Shown: positions 37,850-45,617 of the stretch, one piece after another
How positions within the stretch are numbered: the stretch's first letter is position 1
How the letters are laid out: each line of letters begins with the position of its first letter
Assembly: GCA_021817505.1 (NCBI GenBank)
Contig: JAKAUU010000008.1
Coordinates: forward strand, 1 to 52,380
Length of the DNA stretch: 52,380 nucleotides
Direction of reading: 5' to 3'
Origin: Candidatus Micrarchaeota archaeon
GTDB taxonomy: Archaea > Micrarchaeota > Micrarchaeia > Micrarchaeales > CABMGC01
Made by a program: the position numbers and the translations under genes
Notes under the pieces: model-generated
Seen by the model: the letters and a program-made list of their open reading frames with translations, nothing else
Told to the model about the DNA's origin: nothing
The model's database searches: none

Positions 37850-38701
37850 ATGGCGACAAAGTTCATAAGGGGCGCGGAACCAATAGGCAAACCTTCAGAA
37901 GTGGCATCTGCTACGGAGATGCATACGGAAGGCTCTGATAATAAGCTTGAGCATAGGCGTACTGTCATAGAGATGCACCTGCTGGTCAGCACAAAGAGGG
38001 GCTTGGAAAGGGGAAGCACTGTTACCGAAGAGAATGTTGCAAGAGCCTTGGAGAGCCCGATATTGGGCTATGACAGACCAAGGGCCGAGAGGGTAGCGAG
38101 GGAGCTGCTTGATGCATTTACAAAACCTATTGGCAGCGTTGCAACGAAGAATCTTGAAAAGGCAGACGACCTTGTAAAAGCGGCACTTCTTATAAGGGAT
38201 GATGTTACCTCGGATATAATGCATAGGGTGATTCCGAAGCTTGACAGGCAGCTGTTGGAGGCAATAACTGAAAAATTCGGATTGGAGAGAAGCAGGACAA
38301 GCATTGTTGACAAGATAATAGAGGATTGGGACAAGATAGGCCGGGGCACGATGTCGACCATATATACTGACTACAAAATAGGTTTTACCCAAGTTGCAAA
38401 GGCACAATTCGAGCGCGGATACGCGCTGGAAGGAAATAAAATTGATGATTACCACATTATGGCAAGACTGCTCCCGAGATTGAAACTGAACCCTTTCGGC
38501 TCGAGCAACGGCTCTCCTTCGAGAGGAAAGTACCATAATGGAAATAAGAAGTTTACCGGCAGTGATGGCACCAGATATGATGTGTACCATGCGGGATCAA
38601 GCAGAGGAGATCTAAGGGCAGATTATATTGTTACGAAGGACCATACTGTTTTGATAACCGAATTCTATATGCACAGCATCAAAAATAAGAATAGGGTTTA
38701 A
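37850..38701 (+). CDS. Hypothetical protein (283 aa); the C-terminal about 45 aa resemble a RelE/ParE-type toxin core
   Basis: Protein-like composition, unlike the Cys/Arg-rich antisense ORF 37895..38590. The C-terminus RGDLRADYIVTKDHTVLITEFYMHS resembles the gdyRiiY..x..v.i..i.H pattern of RelE/ParE. The resemblance is weak and by eye only. Confidence 0.5.
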   Translation: MATKFIRGAEPIGKPSEVASATEMHTEGSDNKLEHRRTVIEMHLLVSTKRGLERGSTVTEENVARALESPILGYDRPRAERVARELLDAFTKPIGSVATKNLEKADDLVKAALLIRDDVTSDIMHRVIPKLDRQLLEAITEKFGLERSRTSIVDKIIEDWDKIGRGTMSTIYTDYKIGFTQVAKAQFERGYALEGNKIDDYHIMARLLPRLKLNPFGSSNGSPSRGKYHNGNKKFTGSDGTRYDVYHAGSSRGDLRADYIVTKDHTVLITEFYMHSIKNKNRV

Positions 38702-38711
38702 AGCTCACGTT

Positions 38712-40199
38712 TTACTTTTTATGTCTTTTCTCCTCTGGTCTTACTGCAGGGAAGAGCATTACCTCTTTCATCGAAGGCACGTCCGTAAGGAGCATTATCA
38801 GCCTGTCCATCCCTATCCCGCACCCGGCAGTCGGAGGCATGCCATACTCTATCGCCTCTATAAAGTCCTTGTCTGACGGAGGTGCTTCGTCATCGCCTTT
38901 TTTCCTCTCTGCTTCCTGCTCCTCAAACTTTCTCTTCTGTTCTATCGGATTCGTAAGCTCAGAGTAGCAGTTTGCAATCTCCATCCCATTGACATACATC
39001 TCGAACCTTTCACTGAGGAATTTGTTGCCGCGTTTGTCCTTTGTAAGCGGGCACATGTATGCAGGGAAATCCAATATGAATGTCGGGTCTATTATTGTTG
39101 GCTTTATGTATTTGTCAAACAACGAGTCTGCAACGTGATAGTTGTTCAGTATCTTCGTGTCAAGCTTCTCCTCCTTGGCTATCTTCTTCGCTTCTTCGTC
39201 AGTCATCTTCGATATGTCTATTCCCGATAGCTTCTTGATTTCATCAACCCAGTATATCCGCTTGAATTTAGGTTTGAAGTTCAGTTCCTTGCCCTGATAA
39301 TTAAACGAGTAGGAACCATGTATCTGCTTTGCAAGGCCGGACAGCATCTCTTCCATAAGCCCCATGAAGTCCTCATAATCCTTGTACGCTTCGTAGAATT
39401 CAAGCATTGTAAACTCAGGATTATGCGAGGAGTCTACATCTTCGTTCCTGAAATCTTTTGCAAATTCATAGACCTTTTCAAACCCCCCTATGATCAGCCT
39501 TTTAAGATAAAGCTCGTTTGCAACCCTGAGGTAGAAGTCAGATTCTAGTGAATTGTAATAGGTTGTGAAAGGCTTTGCGTTTGCGCCCCCGTATGTCGGT
39601 TGCAGTATAGGGGTCTCGAATTCGATATAGCTTCTTGAATTAAGGAAATTCCTTACATAATCCATTATCTTTGACCTTGTCCTGAATATCTTCCTGATAT
39701 CCGGATTCATTATAAGGTCCAGGTATCTCTTCCTGTATCTTAATTCAGTATCGCTTATGCCATGGAATTTGTCAGGAAGGGTACGCAGTGATTTTGACAA
39801 CATGGTTGCCTTTCTTGCCTCTATGCTTATCTCCCCTCTTGAGCTCTTTGTTACGCTTCCCTCTACTCCAAGAATATCCCCAATGTCGATTAACTGCAGC
39901 ATCTCTAAAGAATCCTTGTCTATTACGTCTTCTCTTATTATCACCTGCAGCTTTCCGGATTCATCAAGCAGGTCCATGAATATTATCTTGCCCATCTTCC
40001 TAAGGCGCATTATTCTGCCGGCTAGACTTGCATCCTTTCCCTCATGCTTTGCAAAATCAGAGGTGATATCTAGCGCATGGTTTGTAACTTTGTATGAATA
40101 TGGATATGGATTGGTGCTTTTTGAGAGAAGCTCTTCAACCTTTTTTATTTTTGCATCTTCCGCCATCTTATCTAGACCTTTTGCTTTTATTGTAAACAT
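38712..40199 (-). CDS. lysS: Lysyl-tRNA synthetase, class II
   Basis: NPYPYSYKVTNH, GGANAKPF, FRNEDVDSSHNPEFTMLEFYEAYKDYEDFM (motif 2 region) and GMPPTAGCGIGMDRLIMLLT (motif 3). The start could instead be the Met at 40166. Confidence 0.9.
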   Translation of the reverse strand: MFTIKAKGLDKMAEDAKIKKVEELLSKSTNPYPYSYKVTNHALDITSDFAKHEGKDASLAGRIMRLRKMGKIIFMDLLDESGKLQVIIREDVIDKDSLEMLQLIDIGDILGVEGSVTKSSRGEISIEARKATMLSKSLRTLPDKFHGISDTELRYRKRYLDLIMNPDIRKIFRTRSKIMDYVRNFLNSRSYIEFETPILQPTYGGANAKPFTTYYNSLESDFYLRVANELYLKRLIIGGFEKVYEFAKDFRNEDVDSSHNPEFTMLEFYEAYKDYEDFMGLMEEMLSGLAKQIHGSYSFNYQGKELNFKPKFKRIYWVDEIKKLSGIDISKMTDEEAKKIAKEEKLDTKILNNYHVADSLFDKYIKPTIIDPTFILDFPAYMCPLTKDKRGNKFLSERFEMYVNGMEIANCYSELTNPIEQKRKFEEQEAERKKGDDEAPPSDKDFIEAIEYGMPPTAGCGIGMDRLIMLLTDVPSMKEVMLFPAVRPEEKRHKK

Positions 40200-40228
40200 T
40201 ATATGAATACGGGGCGCTATTTTATAGC

Positions 40229-40975
40229 TTATCTGTTAAAATTCCATTCCTCATTTTTATATACAGTCTCTTCCAGCTCTAAACTGCGCTCCTTCTCCTC
40301 TTTTGTAAGAGGCATTTCCTTCCAAACCCTTCCTCTCGTGAAGCTGTTGAAAAGCGCTTCTCTTAATTCGCCTATGCTCGCATGCGAATTTGTCTGCACA
40401 TCGGTTATCCTGTCCTCAGCGCTGTTAATCGTCTTGTCGGATAGCTTCTCCTTGCTGACGTTCAGCACTGAAAACATCTTCTTTACATCTGCTTTGTAAA
40501 TAACAGTACCATGGATCAGGACAGCGCCTTCTCTTCTGGTCTGTGCATTGCCCGATATCTTCCTCCCGTCTACGACTATGTCGTTTATCGGAGCGTATTC
40601 GGCCTTAACGCCAATGCTGCCAAGTGCATCAATAATCATCGATGCGGCGTATCTGTAGCATTTCTGTACACCTTGCGGAAGTTCTTCCTCTTTTGCAATA
40701 AGGCTGTAGGTTATCTCGCCTTCGGAATCATGATAAACGGCTCCGCCTCCGGTCATCCTCCGAACAAGGTCTATCCCAGCAACCTTGCATTGCTCTACGT
40801 TTACCTCTTTTCTCAGGCTTTGGAACCTGCCTATTGAGACTGCGCTTGGCTTCCATGAATAAAGGCGAAGCGTCATGTGCGAGTCGCCTTCAGATACCGA
40901 TTCTAGGATAGAATGGTCTATCGCCATGTTGGCGTATGCGGAATTGGATGAGTAAGGCAATGTTCTGAGTTCCAT
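40229..40975 (-). CDS. lplA: Lipoate-protein ligase A, catalytic domain only
   Basis: RRMTGGGAVYHD and KISGNAQ (catalytic Lys). At 248 aa it lacks the C-terminal accessory domain. Confidence 0.85.
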   Translation of the reverse strand: MELRTLPYSSNSAYANMAIDHSILESVSEGDSHMTLRLYSWKPSAVSIGRFQSLRKEVNVEQCKVAGIDLVRRMTGGGAVYHDSEGEITYSLIAKEEELPQGVQKCYRYAASMIIDALGSIGVKAEYAPINDIVVDGRKISGNAQTRREGAVLIHGTVIYKADVKKMFSVLNVSKEKLSDKTINSAEDRITDVQTNSHASIGELREALFNSFTRGRVWKEMPLTKEEKERSLELEETVYKNEEWNFNR

Positions 40976-41278
40976 TCACAACACCTGTCTTGACGTTGCA
41001 TCCCGTATGGCCGTGATTATCCCCTTGGCGGATATCCCAATCATCTCTGCATTACGGGAAGTTACAACATTTGTTATTATATCGCGGAGCTCCATATCAT
41101 TCATTGATAATGGCACGCCTTCAAGAGCCTTCTCCAAATCTACCACTAAGCCCTCAGGATGCATGAAGAAGTCTCCGGTAATCCTGAGCTTCTCGATCCT
41201 GTCAGAATATATGATATCGATGCATACAAGCTTCTCGCCAGGGAGCTTCTTCTCAGCATAGCCTTCCATAGTATTCAA
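40976..41278 (-). CDS. lplB: Lipoate-protein ligase accessory (C-terminal domain) protein LplB
   Basis: A 100-aa protein whose stop abuts the lplA start. LRITGDFFMHPEG matches the LplA C-terminal domain. The split arrangement matches the bipartite ligase described in Thermoplasma. Confidence 0.7.
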   Translation of the reverse strand: MNTMEGYAEKKLPGEKLVCIDIIYSDRIEKLRITGDFFMHPEGLVVDLEKALEGVPLSMNDMELRDIITNVVTSRNAEMIGISAKGIITAIRDATSRQVL

Positions 41279-41389
41279 GGTCTAAACGCAAAATATATAA
41301 ATAAGCCCGTATAATATCATTCAGTTAAACATACCCTTAATTGCAAGTATGTTTATTGCGCACTCTTTGCGCATATAATATTACAGGAT

Positions 41390-41842
41390 GTGAAGATGTA
41401 TTTCATAGTAAGAGTAACTGCGTCGCAGGAGAAGATAACTGCAGACATATTGCAGAACAAGTCTAAAGGCAAGGATAACGGAGTATATTCGATAATAATA
41501 CCGCAGGGAATGCGCGGCTATGTAATAATTGAGGCTAAGGACGAGATTTCATGCAGGGATCTGATATTGAATGAGCCGCATGTGAAGGGAATGCTCCCTA
41601 AGCCTCTGAGCGAGGAGGAGATAAACAAGATACTCTCTACAAAGCAGCAGAATCAGGATATCTCTCCAAACGACCTGGTAGAGTTCTTTGCAGGGCCGTT
41701 CAAGGGTTATAAGGCAAAGGTAATAAATACTGACCCATCAAAAGATGAGATTACAGTAGAGCTTATGGATGTCGCGGTGCCAATACCTGTGACTACAAAG
41801 TCAAACATGGCTCGCGTAATAGAGAAGGCAGAAAAGGTGTAG
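41390..41842 (+). CDS. spt5: Transcription elongation factor Spt5 (NusG homologue)
   Basis: An NGN domain start (YFIVRVTASQEK) and the KOW motif DLVEFFAGPFKGYKAKV. It lies immediately upstream of rpl11. The start is GTG at 41390 or ATG at 41396. Confidence 0.85.
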   Translation: MKMYFIVRVTASQEKITADILQNKSKGKDNGVYSIIIPQGMRGYVIIEAKDEISCRDLILNEPHVKGMLPKPLSEEEINKILSTKQQNQDISPNDLVEFFAGPFKGYKAKVINTDPSKDEITVELMDVAVPIPVTTKSNMARVIEKAEKV

Positions 41843-41844
41843 AT

Positions 41845-42312
41845 ATGGCAGATGCTATAATAAATGGATTAATAGAGGGAGGAAAGGCGACGAACGGAGC
41901 TCCGTTCGGTCCAGCGCTAGGTCCTCTCGGAGTGAATGTCGCAGCCATAATAGATGAGATAAACAAGAAGACTGCAGCATATGAAGGGGTTAAGGTGCCT
42001 GTTAAGGTGATAGTCAATCCTTCTACAAAGAAGTACACTGTAGAGGTAGGGGCTCCGCCAACAAGCGCGCTTATACTAAAGGAAATAGGAATCCAAAAGG
42101 GCGCTAAGACAAAGGATGAGATAGCAGGTAACATAACGATTGAACAGGTAAAGAAGGTTGCCAAGGCAAAGGAAGCTAAGATGTATGGCAATACTTTGGC
42201 AGACAGGGTAAACCAGATCCTCGGAACATGCAAGTCGATGAACATAACCTGCGAAGGGATAAGCGCCAAGGAGATGATTGCGAAGATAAAGAGCGGCGAA
42301 GTCAAGGTATAA
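41845..42312 (+). CDS. rpl11: 50S ribosomal protein uL11
   Basis: GGKATNGAPFGPALGPLGVNV...PPTSALILKE matches the uL11 consensus. Confidence 0.9.
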   Translation: MADAIINGLIEGGKATNGAPFGPALGPLGVNVAAIIDEINKKTAAYEGVKVPVKVIVNPSTKKYTVEVGAPPTSALILKEIGIQKGAKTKDEIAGNITIEQVKKVAKAKEAKMYGNTLADRVNQILGTCKSMNITCEGISAKEMIAKIKSGEVKV

Positions 42313-42362
42313 TCATTCTGATTTTGCTTCCGTATGTTTGTAATGCATGAGCTTTGCTCTTA

Positions 42363-42809
42363 TCATAAGTGTATTTTTCTGTAAATAAAAAGCAAAATTG
42401 CAATTATGAATTCTACAGATAAAAGAAGCATTGTCCATAGCGATCTTTGCCAGAATGCACGATATTCTATCAATTTCTTTAAATCAGTAACATTTACGCT
42501 TATGTTATATTTGTTGTATACTGCCTGGCTATATTGAATAGATGATGACACGCATCCAGAAAGCGAATATTGCCCATGTTCTGCAAAATCCACCTTCTGC
42601 AGCAATGCGGTCCCGTTAATATAAGAAGGGGAGTTGGGACAGTTCAAGACTATCGGAGCATAGTTCAGATAGTAAAAGTAGGCCAAAGTCACAATAATTG
42701 CAAATATGTCCATTATAATAAGGCGGAATAAAATTTTCTTTTTAACAGAATCTTGCATCAATAACAGCATGGTTATATTTTTATATAAATTTTTTGTTTT
42801 TGTCTGCAT
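42363..42809 (-). CDS. Hypothetical 2-TM membrane protein in a visibly AT-rich patch
   Basis: One TM helix near the N-terminus and one at the C-terminus, with a Cys- and N-x-S/T-containing loop between them. I recognise no motif. Confidence 0.45.
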   Translation of the reverse strand: MQTKTKNLYKNITMLLLMQDSVKKKILFRLIIMDIFAIIVTLAYFYYLNYAPIVLNCPNSPSYINGTALLQKVDFAEHGQYSLSGCVSSSIQYSQAVYNKYNISVNVTDLKKLIEYRAFWQRSLWTMLLLSVEFIIAILLFIYRKIHL

Positions 42810-42849
42810 TCATAATGGACAAAGCTTATGCTAAGCGGTTAAATATGAT

Positions 42850-42964
42850 GCCAAACAGCAATATGCTTTCCCACTCTTCCGAGCAGTATGTCATATCGTG
42901 AACAGGCTTAGCTTCCGAGTTCGGGATGGGTTCGGGCGTTTCCCTATTCCTATGGCCGTTTGAC
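42850..42964 (-). rRNA. rrf: 5S ribosomal RNA, unlinked to any 16S/23S in this window
   Basis: The - strand reads GTCAAACGGCCATAGGAATAGGGAAACGCCCGAACCCATCCCGAACTCGGAAGCTAAGCC...GCTGTTTGGC. It has the conserved CCCATCCCGAACTCGGAAGCTAAGCC block and a closing helix I (CAAACGGC/GCTGTTTG). Ends are accurate to a few nt. Confidence 0.8.
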
Positions 42965-42985
42965 ACAATTACTTGATATCATAAA

Positions 42986-42993
42986 ATATATAA
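42986..42993 (-). promoter_or_regulatory. Candidate TATA box for the 5S rRNA
   Basis: The - strand reads TTATATAT, 22-29 nt upstream of the 5S 5' end. The same octamer precedes tRNA-Lys. Confidence 0.45.
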
Positions 42994-43021
42994 TGTTTGC
43001 TATTGCTTCGCATTCTTTAGG

Positions 43022-43693
43022 CTAAATGCATACAATCTGTTTTAGCCGTGTTTCGAGGAAGAGCGCACGGTTGCCTTCTATCTCTATTAATTGAAGGTCT
43101 GTTCCCGTAGCGCATGGCGTAGCTGCAGTTTGGTTGATTTTTAGTGTGTAATTGTAAGAATATGGTGATGGGCCGCTGGGACCAACTTCGCATGCAAAGC
43201 ACCAGCCCCTTACAGTTATTGTTGCAGAGTTGTTATTTATTTTTTCTAGTGTAAAGTTCGAGGTTGCATTATCGATGTGTGTTACTAGACCGTAGCCAAG
43301 ATCTGTCTGGGTACATATATATGTCTGGTTCGGCATTGCAGGCGTTAGTGCAGTATCGTTGCATCCTGACATGCTTCCCGGATAGTTTGATGCGACACTG
43401 CCGCAAGTTATCTGCTTTTGGCTGATGTTATACTGCTGCCCGTTGCACAGATATCCTGTTATTGACTTTACGCACTGTGATTCCATATGCGTATTAGGAG
43501 CTGCAGGCATGCATAATGATCCCGAGCCTGCCCACACTATCTTGTTAGTGGTATTGTTTACCACTGCCAAGTAATATCCCTGTTGAAGGCTCGGACTGAC
43601 AGGACCTGCCCAGATTAGGGCATATGTGCCTGCCAGTGCCGCTATCCCAAATAGGAATATTATGAATTGCTGTTTCCTGTAAGGGTGCACCAT
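43022..43693 (-). CDS. Hypothetical secreted or membrane-anchored Cys-rich protein
   Basis: An N-terminal hydrophobic segment (FIIFLFGIAALAGTYALIWAG), about 10 Cys and several N-x-S/T sequons. It lies 4 nt downstream of the HTH-TM gene. Confidence 0.55.
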   Translation of the reverse strand: MVHPYRKQQFIIFLFGIAALAGTYALIWAGPVSPSLQQGYYLAVVNNTTNKIVWAGSGSLCMPAAPNTHMESQCVKSITGYLCNGQQYNISQKQITCGSVASNYPGSMSGCNDTALTPAMPNQTYICTQTDLGYGLVTHIDNATSNFTLEKINNNSATITVRGWCFACEVGPSGPSPYSYNYTLKINQTAATPCATGTDLQLIEIEGNRALFLETRLKQIVCI

Positions 43694-43697
43694 GTAC

Positions 43698-44588
43698 TCA
43701 TCCGAATATGTTGACAGGTTCGCGTATCGTTCCGTTGTATGGCTTGCTTCCTATGGTCAACAGCTCAGGACCTATCCCTCCGCCGCATGGACCATCGAAG
43801 TTTATCCAGTATGTGCCGTAGGATGCATTCTGGGCTATCGAGACGTATGCAGTAGTGTTTATGCTGCTGTTTGCAGCCTGGAAGCTCTTCGGACTATAGG
43901 TTATGTTCACTCCCTGATAAACATCGTCTATGCTATTGTTGTACCTTAATAGATAGTAATGCATCCTGGTGGTATTGTAACCTTGCGGCTCTTTGAGCGC
44001 ATTTGTTACATTTTCTGCAATGCTAAAACTGCCTGATGACCCTCTGTTTATGACATAATCTGTGACGTTGCGCGTTGTGTTGCCTGCAGTATAATTGAGA
44101 GTATACACGGAAAATCCGCTGGTTTTTGCTATCCGCCCTTCGATACTGTAGCTTAGGAATATGCATGAGTAAATTCCAGGTATCTGACCTGGTGTCACAG
44201 TCGCATTTGATGCGGATATCGCATTGTTTTGCATTGATACTGCAGCAGTAGTTGTGCTGTTGTTCGCCATATGGCTTAGTCCGGGATAGCTGGTCTGCGG
44301 CCTTCCCATATATGATAAGGCCATGTATGCAACTACTCCAAGTATGATAATGGCCCCTATCACTTTTGCAAACATTGAAGGGTAATTTGTAGTTGTTTTG
44401 TAGTATTTCAGTTTCTTGTAATATTCCGTATCTACCTTCTCCACTGCATTAATCCTTGTCAGCTCGTCTATGTGTTGGCTTACCGTTGCCTTTGAAAGAC
44501 CGAGCTCCTTGCTCAATTCAGTAATAGTCATCTTCTTGTTTTCAAGAAGCTCAAGAATCTTCTTCTTCGTTTCCAGCGTCCTGCTCAA
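43698..44588 (-). CDS. Membrane-tethered winged-helix (ArsR/TrmB-like) transcription regulator with an extracytoplasmic domain
   Basis: The N-terminal KKKILELLENKKMTITELSKELGLSKATVSQHIDELTRINAVEKV is a clear wHTH. A single TM follows (VIGAIIILGVVAYMALSYM), then about 200 aa rich in N-x-S/T. Confidence 0.65.
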   Translation of the reverse strand: MSRTLETKKKILELLENKKMTITELSKELGLSKATVSQHIDELTRINAVEKVDTEYYKKLKYYKTTTNYPSMFAKVIGAIIILGVVAYMALSYMGRPQTSYPGLSHMANNSTTTAAVSMQNNAISASNATVTPGQIPGIYSCIFLSYSIEGRIAKTSGFSVYTLNYTAGNTTRNVTDYVINRGSSGSFSIAENVTNALKEPQGYNTTRMHYYLLRYNNSIDDVYQGVNITYSPKSFQAANSSINTTAYVSIAQNASYGTYWINFDGPCGGGIGPELLTIGSKPYNGTIREPVNIFG

Positions 44589-44649
44589 AAAATCACATAC
44601 GTAATGGGAAATTAGAATTTAAACCTCTTTCTGGAAAGTTAGGTTTTTG

Positions 44650-45333
44650 TCAGGTTCTGTCGCGCAGAAGATTCCTCATTACAGATATGAAATTCGACAT
44701 TTCTCCCGTATGAGGCATTCTTGCCATTGAACGCTCCGCTTTCTTCAAAGCATCTGCAGCTTCATTGAATTCCCTTATCGGTATTGAAACGGTAAGTGCC
44801 TCGTCTTTCATCTGAGTATGTTTATCATCAATCACATATGCGACCCTTGCCTGCCGCGACAGTCTGTACTCATCGTCAAGATAAAGGGCAAGAGTGTCAG
44901 ATATGCCGTATTTTGAGCATTTGGCAACAACCTTACCGGTTCCTAGGCTCCTATAATGGAATGAGGCATGCCCTTCAGGAATTTCGTTTAACTCCTTGTA
45001 AGTAGAACTTGAAAACGATCCGGTTTCGTCTATCCTGAACGGCCCGGTCGACCTTAAGCCGGTGTCTGCAGCCCATATCTCCCCTGCTTTATAGAGTTCT
45101 GACCTGAATATTGGGTCTTTGAAGAATCTTGATGCTATCTCTCTTACAAAGACCTGCCTGTACCCCGCAGGCATCTTATCATTAATCTCATTTAAGATCA
45201 TCTGCTTATCCGAGAAAAGTATCTGGTTTGGAACCTCATTTATCCTTTTTTCTAATGTGCTCATAATACCTGGCTCTTTTTCTGAGGCCGTTTTGGCCGT
45301 GCACTTGACTCTCTGATTTAGCCCATGCTGCAA
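44650..45333 (-). CDS. Hypothetical protein, member of a window-internal paralogous family (with 52049..52380 and possibly 51464..52000)
   Basis: I recognise no known motif. It shares the pattern P-x-GY-x-Q...P-x-FR-x-EL-x(2,3)-G-x-IW-x(4)-GL with the partial ORF at 52049. The likely start is the Met at 45264 (MSTLEKR...). Confidence 0.55.
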   Translation of the reverse strand: MQHGLNQRVKCTAKTASEKEPGIMSTLEKRINEVPNQILFSDKQMILNEINDKMPAGYRQVFVREIASRFFKDPIFRSELYKAGEIWAADTGLRSTGPFRIDETGSFSSSTYKELNEIPEGHASFHYRSLGTGKVVAKCSKYGISDTLALYLDDEYRLSRQARVAYVIDDKHTQMKDEALTVSIPIREFNEAADALKKAERSMARMPHTGEMSNFISVMRNLLRDRT

Positions 45334-45617
45334 CAGATATACGGATAATCTGATTTATAATAGTAATCTGCAGGCGTTTTATGGATTATTTTAGAATGCG
45401 GGATAATATACTTCGTGTGGCTTCTTGGCATACTGTCTGGAATGGTTTACCTTGGAGCGCATTATCTTACGGGCGTGGTAGCAGTGGTTATACTCAGCAC
45501 AATAGTAGTACTGATAGTGGCAGCTATAAGGGCAGGATAAATGATTTCTTCGCAAACATTGCAAAGAGAATTATCCCCGGCTCTTTGACATAAAGTGGAG
45601 AGGTTAAGGCTACGCCA

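Noticed and set aside
37895-38590. 231-aa - strand ORF opposite the 283-aa hypothetical gene
   Set aside because: Neither frame has a known family. The - frame is Cys/Arg/Leu-rich (…CLCNLGKTYF…, …RCNAANRFCKCIKQ…). The + frame has balanced composition, is 23 nt downstream of its neighbour and fills the whole gap to lysS, so I kept the + frame.
40317-40333. 17-nt exact repeat tccttccaaacccttcc, also present at 51357..51373
   Set aside because: One copy is inside the lplA coding sequence and the other is in an intergenic region. A single low-complexity 17-mer match in about 105 kb of two-strand sequence is within chance expectation, and no extended similarity flanks either copy.
43022-43693. 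Possible type IV pilin-like (class III) signal peptide on the secreted Cys-rich protein
   Set aside because: The N-terminus MVHPYRKQQFIIFLF lacks the [KR]-[GA] cleavage dipeptide that precedes the hydrophobic stretch in archaeal prepilins, so I treated it as a generic signal or anchor.
45381-45593. 70-aa + ORF, and a hydrophobic reading frame (…FVWLLGILSGMVYLGAHYLTGVVAVVILSTIVVLIVAAIRAG*), in the helicase/orphan gap
   Set aside because: The 70-aa ORF has odd composition. The hydrophobic frame has no ATG before most of its TM segment; only GTG or an internal Met is available. Neither can be supported without expression or conservation data. The 284-nt gap may instead hold a promoter or an ncRNA.
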